64,000 nt of DNA. Source: Escherichia phage rV5_ev158. Positions 46,779-55,959 of this stretch are shown here, piece by piece (the first letter of the stretch is position 1; every line of letters starts with the position of its first letter). The position numbers were made by a program, and so were the translations under genes. The notes under the pieces are model-generated. The model worked only from the letters and a program-made list of their open reading frames with translations. It had not been told where the DNA came from and made no database searches. The stretch lies in sequence record LR694611; one strand, given 5' to 3'.

Positions 46779-47129
46779 TTATTTTGCATTCTTGCCTGTA
46801 TTGCCGCCACGGTACCAGCGTTTGCGGTGAAAATGGTAATAATCACCCTCGGCATTAAACATCAGATGATTTTCAATAACCAGCTTACGAAGGTGGGCCG
46901 GATCTTGTTCCATTCTTGCCAGATTCCGGCGGCTGTTACGTAAGCGTATAAATTCCATATTCAGGCCGTTGATTGCAGCATGGATGTTAAAGTAACCACC
47001 TTTGAGACGTTCACGCATGGCGTTAAGCTCAACACAATATACAGATTTCTCACAAATCAAGGTATTAGCTAGGGCGCGGACCTGGGCAAGGGGGTTAAGC
47101 TCATTAAAGTAATATAGTTTGACTTTCAT
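46779..47129 (-). CDS. hypothetical protein
   Basis: minus-strand ORF followed by hairpin terminator (~46721-46742). Confidence 0.5.
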   Translation of the reverse strand: MKVKLYYFNELNPLAQVRALANTLICEKSVYCVELNAMRERLKGGYFNIHAAINGLNMEFIRLRNSRRNLARMEQDPAHLRKLVIENHLMFNAEGDYYHFHRKRWYRGGNTGKNAK

Positions 47130-47146
47130 AAAATCGCCTGCTGAAA

Positions 47147-47446
47147 TTAGTTTGAGAAAACATCGTTCACAATAGCGATCACAATGCCGCCCACCTTGTC
47201 ACGGTCAACAATGCACAAATCACCATAGATCATGTGGTAGTCTGGATGATCTTTCACAGAATAGTCAATAAGTGTTTTCTTGTCATCCAGCTTCGTAACT
47301 TCCATTCTCATAACGATATGAGAATCATCAAAGGCATTATTCCGAAAAGTCATAGCCTGACCGCCAGGGCACCCGGTGATCTCCACTTCCACACCATCTA
47401 CGATCTGACCATCAAAGAAATAAAGATTATTAGCCTGGATAAACAT
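47147..47446 (-). CDS. hypothetical protein
   Basis: start set at internal ATG (MFIQANN) with AGGAG 8 nt upstream; track GTG start sits directly on the RBS. Confidence 0.45.
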   Translation of the reverse strand: MFIQANNLYFFDGQIVDGVEVEITGCPGGQAMTFRNNAFDDSHIVMRMEVTKLDDKKTLIDYSVKDHPDYHMIYGDLCIVDRDKVGGIVIAIVNDVFSN

Positions 47447-47493
47447 GTCTATCACTCCTTGTTAACTGCGTGGTATTTTAACAGGGTTTAAAT

Positions 47494-47536
47494 TTACTTT
47501 ATTGATGGCCCTGGAGTCAAGGCCATCTAAAAATAA
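47494..47536 (-). promoter_or_regulatory. conserved 43-bp intergenic element, copy 1: hairpin GATGGCC...GGCCATC with TTGACT in the loop
   Basis: near-identical copies at 51231-51273 and 51852-51896. Confidence 0.5.
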
Positions 47537-47539
47537 ATT

Positions 47540-47740
47540 TTACAGGCCTACAATCTCTTTGATTCGTTTAACCGCTGCCTCAGCGCCTTGGGGGTAAAAA
47601 TTATGGTAACCAATCACGCGAGTGATACTAATCGCCGTTTGATGATCTTCATAGTCGCCCTTGAAGATTTCTTGACCGTCAATCAGCACGGCAATTTTTT
47701 CTTCTTTTTTGAAGTTAATAACGCGGATATTGTTGCTCAT
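47540..47740 (-). CDS. hypothetical protein
   Basis: minus-strand ORF. Confidence 0.45.
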   Translation of the reverse strand: MSNNIRVINFKKEEKIAVLIDGQEIFKGDYEDHQTAISITRVIGYHNFYPQGAEAAVKRIKEIVGL

Positions 47741-47879
47741 TTTGTTTCTCCTTTCTGGTTTTTGTGGTGGTGGGGATTAGCTCCCCGTTGATTGTTATTA
47801 TCCACATTCCGGACCGGATTGCAACACCACGGAAGAAAAATTTTTTAAAAAGATAGGCCCCCATGATCGGGGGCCGTTC

Positions 47880-47999
47880 CTAGTTACTTACAGCGATAAA
47901 GTACATCCCTACGCCTAGCAATATTTCAAGGGCGATAATCTCAAGCCATACCATAACGCGGCGCACCTTATCGGTGCATGGCTTATCCTTGGTTGTCAT
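47880..47999 (-). CDS. small hydrophobic membrane peptide (39 aa)
   Basis: MTTKDKPCTDKVRRVMVWLEIIALEILLGVGMYFIAVSN; GGAGGAAA RBS; followed by hairpin plus T-run; competes with overlapping track ORFs. Confidence 0.3.
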   Translation of the reverse strand: MTTKDKPCTDKVRRVMVWLEIIALEILLGVGMYFIAVSN

Positions 48000-48218
48000 C
48001 GTCTCCCCCTTTCCTCCGGGTAGTAGTGACGCGATCTACAATGGCCCCCAGGAGTCCTATCACGACACACACCACAAGAAAAATTATCTCCGCTGTTGTT
48101 CGATCCATTGTTATAAAATTCCTCAAGATCAGGCCTGAAAATAAAGCGTTCGTTATTGAATCCGTCACGCCAGGCGGCTGGCTTCAAATCTTCACTAAAG
48201 GGATTAATTAACGTGGCA

Positions 48219-48590
48219 TTATTTAAACGGTTGGCCCACATATTTTCTATTCCTCTCAAATAGGCGATCCGCCTCAGTTAAACATATCTCATGGGCTTGA
48301 TCTCTGGTTTTAGCCTCATCAAAAACCTGTTGTGCCAGGCTGCAGCGTAGGGAGACTGGAAGATCACTATAATAGGCGTTGACAAACGTTTGAGCGTCGT
48401 ACAGGTCTGAAAATACTTTACCCTTTCTATTATTCCCCTTGTCAACAATTGCAAGGATAACCAATACAATAGTTGCAACCACCCCCAGGAAAATAGATAT
48501 AATAAACCATAAAAAGGCGGATCTGCCCATCTTGCCAGCGATCCAGGCGTTAAACAAGGAAACCAATACAGCCAAAATAATAAATTCCAT
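48219..48590 (-). CDS. membrane protein (two hydrophobic helices)
   Basis: start set at ATG (MEFIILAVLVSLF) with AAGAGG RBS; in frame with ORF 48219..48623. Confidence 0.5.
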   Translation of the reverse strand: MEFIILAVLVSLFNAWIAGKMGRSAFLWFIISIFLGVVATIVLVILAIVDKGNNRKGKVFSDLYDAQTFVNAYYSDLPVSLRCSLAQQVFDEAKTRDQAHEICLTEADRLFERNRKYVGQPFK

Positions 48591-48654
48591 TCTATGTACC
48601 TCTTTTGCAGTTCTGTTTAACAATAAGGCGGCAAATATGCCGCCTGTTACCTGA

Positions 48655-49035
48655 TTAAAAATTATCGCCGTAAATCTTTCCGCTTTCTGCCCATACCACC
48701 ACGCGGGGCATACTATCCCACACGTCTTGTTTTAGATTGAGCGCGTGCAATTCTTCGGTGGTGCCCATACCAGGCACGGGCTGATTGTATACTGCAAAAC
48801 GACCACCTGCATAATCGTAGGCCAGAGTTAAATCACACTGGATCATCTTTTTGATCATGGCGTTGAGCATAGCGTTAGCCGCATACTGGTCACGTTTTAA
48901 AGGCAACTCTTTGATTAGTTTGCGATAGTTTTCAATGTGATCGCACACTGTTTCACGTGGAAGATCTTTCATGTCCTCGCGAAAGGTAACCAGGTTAAAC
49001 ATAACGGTGTCAATAGCTTTAGTAGTGTTTTTCAT
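48655..49035 (-). CDS. hypothetical protein
   Basis: minus-strand ORF. Confidence 0.5.
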   Translation of the reverse strand: MKNTTKAIDTVMFNLVTFREDMKDLPRETVCDHIENYRKLIKELPLKRDQYAANAMLNAMIKKMIQCDLTLAYDYAGGRFAVYNQPVPGMGTTEELHALNLKQDVWDSMPRVVVWAESGKIYGDNF

Positions 49036-49124
49036 AATGTTTACCTCTTTGTTTTGTGTGGGGGCAAACGTCTTGCCCCTTGAGTTTTAATATAGCAGGT
49101 TTTTAGGTTATTGCAACACTTTAT

Positions 49125-49748
49125 TTATGAAAAAGTCATCTCGCCATATTCATCCACATCAAACCGCCAATCATTGGCCTCGATAAGGCCGATCAGGTTT
49201 TCGGTGGTGAATTGTTCAAGATAGGCTTGCTCCAGGTCTACGTAAACCTTGCGGGATAACTCCCGTACCGTCTCGGTGATCAGCTCTTCCAGCTCTTCAA
49301 CTTTATCCTCTTGCTTGGTGGTCAGGTCTAGCCAATTGGTATCGATGCACCCGCCTATTGTGTTTTCGTGATGATAATGGCTAAACGGGATACGTTCAAC
49401 GCTGGCTGACAGTTCGCCATCATGCATTGTGCCGAACAAGTGTCTAATTAAGCGGAATTTTGTAAGCGCTTTAACCTTACGCAAGAATTTTTCTAAGTTT
49501 ACATTTTCAGCACTAATTGATGCGCCGTCGCCTTGACACCAAAAGCCGGACCAATGTACTTCGGTATCTTCAAGGCCGTACTCTGGAAAAACATATTCTT
49601 TATAGTATTCAATTACACTTTCTGCGAAAAAATCCTCTCCGCTGTGTTCTTCTCTTTCGCGGACCATTTCAATAGCCTTTTCTTTTTGTTCGTCGGTCAG
49701 CACGTCGAAAGATAAATTGCAACCTGTGGTAATGTTAACGGTGGTCAT
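49125..49748 (-). CDS. hypothetical acidic protein
   Basis: consensus promoter and 5' hairpin upstream; conserved-looking WSGFWCQGDGASI segment, family not recognised. Confidence 0.55.
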   Translation of the reverse strand: MTTVNITTGCNLSFDVLTDEQKEKAIEMVREREEHSGEDFFAESVIEYYKEYVFPEYGLEDTEVHWSGFWCQGDGASISAENVNLEKFLRKVKALTKFRLIRHLFGTMHDGELSASVERIPFSHYHHENTIGGCIDTNWLDLTTKQEDKVEELEELITETVRELSRKVYVDLEQAYLEQFTTENLIGLIEANDWRFDVDEYGEMTFS

Positions 49749-49805
49749 GATATTTTCTCCTGTTTTCTTTGTTAGTGGCGGGAAGTTTTCCCGCCTGTGT
49801 TTTTA

Positions 49806-49833
49806 ATTATACTTATTGAGATTTACTTGTCAA
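49806..49833 (-). promoter_or_regulatory. sigma70-type promoter TTGACA-N16-TATAAT on minus strand
   Basis: read as reverse complement upstream of gene 49125..49748. Confidence 0.6.
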
Positions 49834-50083
49834 CACTATTTTTTAAATTATTGTGGCGCAAAATGTTTAAAATCTCCTCAACGTCATCAACACGGCGGCA
49901 ATTTTTAAACGCTACCAATTGCCCCATGATTTTAATCACTGGGCGGCCTTGCCAGTGCCCCTGGAGAAAGCGCGCCTTGACTTTATCGGTGGAACTATCA
50001 CGCCACCAAATGGCCTTGTTGTTGCAGTAGTAAAAATTATTCAGGACAACATCAACTTTATCAAAATTTTTTAATTTACGCAT
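49823..50083 (-). CDS. hypothetical protein
   Basis: minus-strand ORF. Confidence 0.45.
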   Translation of the reverse strand: MRKLKNFDKVDVVLNNFYYCNNKAIWWRDSSTDKVKARFLQGHWQGRPVIKIMGQLVAFKNCRRVDDVEEILNILRHNNLKNSVDK

Positions 50084-50324
50084 GGCGTTTACTCCTTTCT
50101 CTCTTTGATGTGGTTAGTATAGCTAACCTGTTTAAGATGTCAAGCTTTAAATAAAATCACTGTCAATGATATTTTTAACGCCATAAAACGGCCCTAAGCG
50201 ATGTTTTCAGGTTAAAGGGGGGCGATTGCATAGGTGGGGCCTTTTTGGCGCTTACAGGGCCAACCAGGGGCGCTATTCGTAGGATAGAAATAAAAAGCCC
50301 CGCACAATGGCGGGGCGTTGGTTG

Positions 50325-50522
50325 TTATTTGTCTTTATGGCGGTATCGTTCTGCCTGTCGTTCACGTTCCAAAAGTAGGCCAGGCAATTTACGATCATAA
50401 TGATTTCGCCAGATCTTTCCAAATCTTTTTGGCTTATTCAGTTTATTGTTACGCTGGCGTCGTTCCGGCAGCTCTTCGGAATCATGAGATCGCTTTACAA
50501 TCTTCTCAAAATTAATCTTCAT
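50325..50522 (-). CDS. small basic protein
   Basis: start set at ATG (MKINFEK) with AGGGGGG RBS; in frame with ORF 50325..50546; hairpin terminator after stop. Confidence 0.4.
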   Translation of the reverse strand: MKINFEKIVKRSHDSEELPERRQRNNKLNKPKRFGKIWRNHYDRKLPGLLLERERQAERYRHKDK

Positions 50523-50883
50523 ATATTCCCCCCTTGCTAACTTCAATATTGGCCTGAATAGCCCGGATACGCCGTTTTATAACCTCCTGATCCTTGCAAT
50601 CATATCCCCAAAAGTCTACGATTTTTGCGCCTCCAGCCTTTAGGCGGTATAGTGTTTCTTGCATCTTGTAGGCCGGGATCGGTCGCGGTGTTACCTGGTC
50701 GCCCTTCTCATTCTTGTACTTGATAATGTAGTCTTCATTGTCGTTGAATATCCAAAATGGGTATTCTGTGAGCGCGTTGCTCTCTTTTTCGTTTTTAGAT
50801 TGGATCTTGTTTACAATTAAAGCCGTAGCAATAGCGCCAATAATAAAACTTGCCCCACTGATCATGTTACTTTCTCCTTTCAT
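50512..50883 (-). CDS. hypothetical protein with N-terminal membrane anchor
   Basis: ISGASFIIGAIATALIV hydrophobic segment. Confidence 0.45.
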   Translation of the reverse strand: MKGESNMISGASFIIGAIATALIVNKIQSKNEKESNALTEYPFWIFNDNEDYIIKYKNEKGDQVTPRPIPAYKMQETLYRLKAGGAKIVDFWGYDCKDQEVIKRRIRAIQANIEVSKGGIYED

Positions 50884-50941
50884 TGTATTGATAAACTATC
50901 TTTATAGATGGCCCTGCTACCAGGACCACCGAAAAAACAGT

Positions 50942-51187
50942 TTATTTGACGATACCGACAAAACAGATCCCGCCTTCCCCTATATAGGCAATATCGGTAA
51001 TTTTATAATTTGTCAAGATCCGCGTGTTCAGCTCATTAATAAAATCTGTCATCGCGTTGGTGTAGTTGTCTTCCGTGTCTAAGGCATAATCCCAGGTGTA
51101 AACCTTTTTACGTCCGAAGCCTTTTACCATGATACGGGCGCTTTTGGTGTTGGTAGGGGCATAATATTTGGTGATTAGTGCTGCCAT
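50942..51187 (-). CDS. hypothetical protein
   Basis: ~44 nt downstream of conserved element copy 2. Confidence 0.45.
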   Translation of the reverse strand: MAALITKYYAPTNTKSARIMVKGFGRKKVYTWDYALDTEDNYTNAMTDFINELNTRILTNYKITDIAYIGEGGICFVGIVK

Positions 51188-51230
51188 GGTTTTAACTCCT
51201 ATGCATTAGTTCAGTGTTAACAGTATAAAG

Positions 51231-51273
51231 TTTACTTTATTGATGGCCCTGGAGTCAAGGCCATCTAAAAATA
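51231..51273 (-). promoter_or_regulatory. conserved 43-bp intergenic element, copy 2
   Basis: TTTACTTTATTGATGGCCCTGGAGTCAAGGCCATCTAAAAATAA on plus strand. Confidence 0.5.
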
Positions 51274-51276
51274 ATC

Positions 51277-51618
51277 TTACTCGTTTTCTTCCAGCTCCGC
51301 AAGCTCTTCTTTTGCTTCTTCTAACTCTGTCTGTAATTCCTGGTATTCTTCATCGTCCTCAATATCCAGGCTGTCGATGTAGTCGCTAAATCCGCAGCGG
51401 TAAGCGATAGGATCTAGCTCCTTGAGGATACGCGACGGAAGAAAAGAAATGTTTCCGATCATGATTTCGCCGTAGATCTCGTCTAACCATTCATCATAGT
51501 TTTCGTCGTACTTGTCCTCGTCGATTTCAAAGGTATCGATCTTGTTCTCAAGGTCTGCGATCTGTTTTTTCAGTGCGGCAACCTGAATAGCTTTTTCTGC
51601 GGCGGTCATAGTAGTCAT
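51277..51618 (-). CDS. hypothetical acidic coiled-coil-like protein
   Basis: minus-strand ORF with 5' GC hairpin upstream. Confidence 0.5.
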   Translation of the reverse strand: MTTMTAAEKAIQVAALKKQIADLENKIDTFEIDEDKYDENYDEWLDEIYGEIMIGNISFLPSRILKELDPIAYRCGFSDYIDSLDIEDDEEYQELQTELEEAKEELAELEENE

Positions 51619-51851
51619 GGTGTTTTCTCCTTTTGTGTGTTCTGGGAAGTTTTCCCGTTTACGGGTTTAAGTATACCGATCTAAGTTAGCTTGTCAATTA
51701 AAAATTTAAGAAAAATTTTGCAAAACTGTTAGCGCTACTCATTAACATTTGCGCCAGGATGTAACCGACAACGCAGACGATAATAGTTACCTTTGTGTAT
51801 TGGCGTGTAGTGCCCATCTTAAAGCCCCCTTTTTCGCTTAACTGAGATTAG

Positions 51852-51896
51852 TTTACTTTATCGATGGCCCTGGAGTCAAGGCCATCTAAAAATAAA
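51852..51896 (-). promoter_or_regulatory. conserved 43-bp intergenic element, copy 3
   Basis: differs from copies 1 and 2 at a few positions only. Confidence 0.5.
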
Positions 51897-51897
51897 C

Positions 51898-52302
51898 TCA
51901 ATAAGTTTTTAGTACTTTCCCGTCCAACCTGTCTAGCTGGATCTCAATGGCTGCAGAAAACCTATTATAAACCACGTCGCCCATGGAATCCAACCAGTCT
52001 ATGACGTTATACACTTGCTCTTTGTTCTTGCAGGTCCGGATCCGTTTCATGATGTAAGCCGGATCAATATTGGTACTCTCGTTGGTGTTCCCCTGTACCT
52101 GGTTTGCCGTATTAGCCACATCTTTAATGGCCTTTACCACCACCTGGAAGGGCTTTAAGGTGCCTTTTGCGTTCATCTCACGCGCTTTTGCGGCGCGGTT
52201 GTTATAGGTTACACAACGGCGGCAAATGTTCACTAAGTGCATGTCAATAATTTTTTCATCGTTTGCCAGTTCGTTCATGATGCGGCGTACGTTCTTATTC
52301 AT
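51898..52302 (-). CDS. hypothetical protein
   Basis: TTGACA-N16/17-TAAACT promoter-like sequence and GGCGGGA...TCCCGCC hairpin upstream. Confidence 0.5.
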   Translation of the reverse strand: MNKNVRRIMNELANDEKIIDMHLVNICRRCVTYNNRAAKAREMNAKGTLKPFQVVVKAIKDVANTANQVQGNTNESTNIDPAYIMKRIRTCKNKEQVYNVIDWLDSMGDVVYNRFSAAIEIQLDRLDGKVLKTY

Positions 52303-52384
52303 GATCTTTTTCCTTTGTGCTGGCGGGAAACATTCCCGCCTTTTGTGTCTAGTTTACTTAAATTTTGCAGCGTGTCAATGATTT

Positions 52385-52783
52385 TTATTCGTGGGCGCAT
52401 GTCACAATGTGCTTTTTATAGCCCAGGTGGTCAGCAAGTGCCGACAAAAACTCTTCTTCGTAGATCCAGCCGTCGGCAGTGATCCCCATAGCATTTAATG
52501 CACTCTCAAGTGCTGCGTTAGCTTTATCGTAACCGTGACCGCTCGCCTTGCCGCCAGTATAACCGTACTTATTGTTCTTGTTGTCGTGAATCCAAAACAC
52601 GCAGTAGTGAGTGTTACCACTGGCGGCGGCATAATACCGGATCTCAGCTACTTCGTGCAAATTATTGTCATCATCCAGGCCCACCAGATTATAAGCCTTG
52701 TAAAATCCACGATCACGGCGGCAGTTCTTGACATCAGAAAAAGAAAAGTCCGCATTATCAAAATTAAAGGTAGTGGTTTTCAT
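52385..52783 (-). CDS. hypothetical protein
   Basis: minus-strand ORF. Confidence 0.5.
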   Translation of the reverse strand: MKTTTFNFDNADFSFSDVKNCRRDRGFYKAYNLVGLDDDNNLHEVAEIRYYAAASGNTHYCVFWIHDNKNNKYGYTGGKASGHGYDKANAALESALNAMGITADGWIYEEEFLSALADHLGYKKHIVTCAHE

Positions 52784-52846
52784 GATTTTATCCTCTTAGT
52801 GTCTTTTGCGATTTCAGTGTATTTTGTGTCAGACCATATGTCAACA

Positions 52847-53044
52847 TTATTTTTTATTAAACCAGTGGTTGATCTGACCTTTTGTCAGGGCGCAACGGTT
52901 AAGCTGTTGCAGGGTATAGCTATGACCGCGACGAAATTTATAAAGGCCTTGCCCGTTGTTGATGGTTACATCCACCCGGCAAATCACTTGATTGGTGACC
53001 ACCTGGCGAGTGTTGCGACGTACTTTAATTCCGTAGGCGTTCAT
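52847..53044 (-). CDS. hypothetical protein
   Basis: minus-strand ORF. Confidence 0.4.
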   Translation of the reverse strand: MNAYGIKVRRNTRQVVTNQVICRVDVTINNGQGLYKFRRGHSYTLQQLNRCALTKGQINHWFNKK

Positions 53045-53139
53045 GATTTTTTATCCTCTCTGTTAATTGGTGTGGTGTTGTTCACCTTGCGAGGATAAGA
53101 ATAACAAGAACTGTCCGAGCTGTCAACCATTAGTTAAAA

Positions 53140-53307
53140 TTATTTTTTTGGGTAGAATTCTCCAGCCGCCGCCCCTGCCAGGTTAACCATCATTTTTTCG
53201 TACTCTTCTTTATGTTCCAACGCTCCCGCCATAGCCTTTTCAACCAGGGCGATAGCCTCAGCGTCATTAATAGCTACATTTTCCAGGGGGATCATATTAC
53301 CTTCCAT
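53140..53307 (-). CDS. small protein (55 aa)
   Basis: MEGNMIPLENVAINDAEAIALVEKAMAGALEHKEEYEKMMVNLAGAAAGEFYPKK; RBS GAAGAGGAGG; below ORF-track cutoff. Confidence 0.4.
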   Translation of the reverse strand: MEGNMIPLENVAINDAEAIALVEKAMAGALEHKEEYEKMMVNLAGAAAGEFYPKK

Positions 53308-53519
53308 TTTTGTACCTCCTCTTCAATTGTTACCTATCCTATAGCATAGGCCCACCAGGTTTGCAAGCCTTCATTCTCTCCTACCTGGTCAGTTAGGCCC
53401 TGCCAGGCTGGCCCCGCCAGGTTGCAGCGGTCAGCGCATCAGGTTAGAATTTTTTTTTTTGAAAAGTGTTGACAGCGGCCCCGCCAGGTGGCAAAATATA
53501 CCTATCGAAAGGACGGCAG

Positions 53520-53700
53520 GCACCGGTGACGGGGGAGACAACCACCGGGGATGGGCGCTGCATGAAATGAGAACGATTATCATTATCGTCTAAAAATTTA
53601 TGCAAAAACTTCTTGCTTTCTTTGTCCTGTGTGTTACTATAATAACAAGCCGGGGCAGTAGGGGCCGGGAGACAATCACCGGGCCTGCCCGTTATTCTGC
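53520..53700. repeat. two ~60-bp direct repeat units, each with GC-rich core GGGAGACAAYCACCGGG and GAGAAYGATTATCATT
   Basis: read from ORF-free region. Confidence 0.5.
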
Positions 53701-53844
53701 AAACGAGAATGATTATCATTCAAAATTCTAAATGAGAACTCCTCGCATTTAATAAATTTAATTAGCACGCTAATTACCCTACGTAACAATTTCCTATAAA
53801 ATAGTATCCACTAAAATATTCCCATATAGAAATTTTAAAAATCC

Positions 53845-54020
53845 ATTTCTGAAAACGAAAAATCGATTTCGTCCCCAAAAATTTCAGGTCGAGAGCCGGA
53901 ACGATTTCCGGAAAATCCGATTCAGAAAACGAAAAACAGATCGAGTACTGAGAAATTTATCGAGAAAAATTTTCAGAAAATTCAATCTTTGAAACGAAAA
54001 ACAGATCGAGTACTTGGAAA
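53845..54020. repeat. three tandem AT-rich ~65-75 bp repeats; core GAAAACGAAAAACAGATCGAGTACT exact twice, degenerate once
   Basis: read from ORF-free region. Confidence 0.55.
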
Positions 54021-54324
54021 GCTGCGCCACAACTTCAAGGTAGTGGTTGGATTATTACTATAAAAGGTCAAGGGTAAGTGGGGGAAGTTCTAGTAGAAGG
54101 GTGTGAGCATGTGCGGGAAATCTGTAATGGTGGTCTGGAATATGGTGCAGACGATAGGATGAGTGGTTCATCTCGTCGTGCCTGCTCTGAAAAATCCATT
54201 TTAGTTTTCGATCCATTTTCTGATTTTCTAAGGATTTTAAAATATCCTGGTAGGTAAAATATCAAAAGGAGGAAATCCATTTTAGAAATCCTCCTGATCT
54301 CTGGCAACCTGATAACTTAAAATA

Positions 54325-54657
54325 TCAGGCTCCCAGTGTGTTCTTTCCTTTATACAACCGTAAGGGTATAGTTTTTGTAACAGTCCATCTCCCCAGCCCT
54401 TCCCAGTTCCAGTTGTAGGCATGGTACCCGGTTACGCATGCACTGCTGGAGTGATCATAGGCATAAGAGAACGCTATACGCACCAAATGAAACCAGTCTT
54501 TCCACGGTTGTGGTCCGTAAGCTTTTCTCCAACACCGACACAAGCTAAATGTCTCAAGAATAGGCAGGATAACAAATCCATACACCGCCACCAGAATAGC
54601 CAACGCAATGATTGTCAGGAATACATACCCTGCAGTTGAAACGATGATCTCTGTCAT
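54325..54657 (-). CDS. membrane protein
   Basis: VFLTIIALAILVAVYGFVILPIL hydrophobic segment. Confidence 0.5.
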   Translation of the reverse strand: MTEIIVSTAGYVFLTIIALAILVAVYGFVILPILETFSLCRCWRKAYGPQPWKDWFHLVRIAFSYAYDHSSSACVTGYHAYNWNWEGLGRWTVTKTIPLRLYKGKNTLGA

Positions 54658-54857
54658 TTGTCGTCCCCTTTCTTATGGATATAGATGTGAGAGCCTGCCT
54701 GTATATAAATTTCTCGACCATCTTCTGCAAAGATATGAAATACACGATCACCTTCATACTCGATACGTGATATCTTCATAATGGTCTTTCCACCTGGGAT
54801 GCGGATCTCGTCCCCCACAGCGATGTTCCATGCAGATTTAAGCTTAAACATCTGCAC
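54654..54857 (-). CDS. hypothetical protein
   Basis: coupled minus-strand ORF. Confidence 0.45.
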   Translation of the reverse strand: MQMFKLKSAWNIAVGDEIRIPGGKTIMKISRIEYEGDRVFHIFAEDGREIYIQAGSHIYIHKKGDDK

Positions 54858-55089
54858 CCTCCTTTGGGAGCTCTAACTCTGGCATAGCCATATACGCCAC
54901 AACAGGGTTGTAATCAAAGTAGAAATGACCGTTAATTATCCCAGTTTTGTGCACATGGTCACCAGATCCTGCAAGAACAATCTCGCAAGCTCCGAAATCA
55001 ACCTTGCCATTCTCATCTGCCATGGCTACAATATACTTTCCTAGAGGCATGTTTTCAACGCCGTCTACAAATGTCCACCCTTTGTTCAT
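54844..55089 (-). CDS. hypothetical protein
   Basis: coupled minus-strand ORF. Confidence 0.45.
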   Translation of the reverse strand: MNKGWTFVDGVENMPLGKYIVAMADENGKVDFGACEIVLAGSGDHVHKTGIINGHFYFDYNPVVAYMAMPELELPKEGADV

Positions 55090-55109
55090 ACTTTATCTCC
55101 TGCACTTTC

Positions 55110-55445
55110 TTAAGGTAACCAGTAAACAATCTCGCCTTTCAGCTTCATGTCATTTCCAACATAAATTTGCCAGCCATCCATCGTTTTGGCAACTGCAGGC
55201 CCAAAGTCATCCGCACCCCTTACCTCTTTCCAGGTCCCGTAGTCAGGTTGCCAGATATAAAATCCACCTTCTTTGTCCCATGCTCCATACACCACGTTTG
55301 ACAGGTTTCCCATTGCAACAATAGTGGGCCGTGGGAATAATGCATCTACAGATGCGCCACAATATCGGGTATCTTTTAAATTGCACTCCCAAAAGATGTC
55401 TGCCAGTGTGGCGGCGATAGCTTTACGTCTTTCTAATGTTACCAT
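55110..55445 (-). CDS. hypothetical protein
   Basis: minus-strand ORF. Confidence 0.45.
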   Translation of the reverse strand: MVTLERRKAIAATLADIFWECNLKDTRYCGASVDALFPRPTIVAMGNLSNVVYGAWDKEGGFYIWQPDYGTWKEVRGADDFGPAVAKTMDGWQIYVGNDMKLKGEIVYWLP

Positions 55446-55452
55446 ATCATAC

Positions 55453-55644
55453 TCACTTGTTGTTAATAAGTTCTAAAACTTTCTGTCTTACTTTGTCAAG
55501 ATCTGTTGATTCAAAAACTGTACGATATCCCCAACTTTGCCCATATGAGTGATTGCAATCCCCGTAGCACCATTGCTCAATTTGATAGTATTCAAGGAAC
55601 GGGTGCTGTCTAACTATGATACCATCCCGGTTAAAAATTACCAT
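55453..55644 (-). CDS. hypothetical protein
   Basis: minus-strand ORF. Confidence 0.4.
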   Translation of the reverse strand: MVIFNRDGIIVRQHPFLEYYQIEQWCYGDCNHSYGQSWGYRTVFESTDLDKVRQKVLELINNK

Positions 55645-55707
55645 AATACATCGCTCTCTGTTAGTTTATGCGTATATTATACACTGCAGTTTTCAGATGT
55701 CAACCTC

Positions 55708-55959
55708 TTACAGATTGCTCCAGTACAATCGGCATTTACATTTTGGGCAATGAGGTTCTTTTATGTAATAACCATCAGTCTTTGGAACACTTTTTGGTGC
55801 AGTTTTAAGATTGTACCTGGTAAAACATCTGAAGCAGGTTACCTCTCCCACCTGTTGATCGTTGATCCACTCACCAGAGTAAAGCTCTTTCTTGTTTCTC
55901 ATAATTCTCTCCCAAATCCTCTGCAATCTTATACCAAAATCTCCAGCCAGAAAGCACAC
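55708..55959 (-). CDS. small zinc-ribbon-like protein
   Basis: CFRCF...CPKCKC Cys pairs; start may be internal. Confidence 0.45.
   Translation of the reverse strand: MCFLAGDFGIRLQRIWERIMRNKKELYSGEWINDQQVGEVTCFRCFTRYNLKTAPKSVPKTDGYYIKEPHCPKCKCRLYWSNL

Noticed and set aside
47996-48259. 87-aa minus-strand ORF (alternative frame to small peptides at 47880..47999)
   Set aside because: It has a possible GAGAGGA RBS but overlaps two RBS-led hydrophobic peptides in other frames and the upstream gene; which frame is translated cannot be decided from sequence alone, so it is left uncalled.
49777-49795. GC hairpins in the minus-strand block as terminators of the minus-strand genes
   Set aside because: On the minus-strand transcript the hairpins are not followed by a U-run and sit between promoter and RBS, so they are not called as terminators of those genes.
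53845-54020. CRISPR-like array
   Set aside because: Only two to three AT-rich repeats with irregular spacing and no spacer-like unique segments of constant length; no cas genes in the window.
54068-54307. 79-aa minus-strand ORF in the AT-rich repeat region
   Set aside because: Lies across repeated AAATCCATTTT motifs with no RBS; likely spurious.
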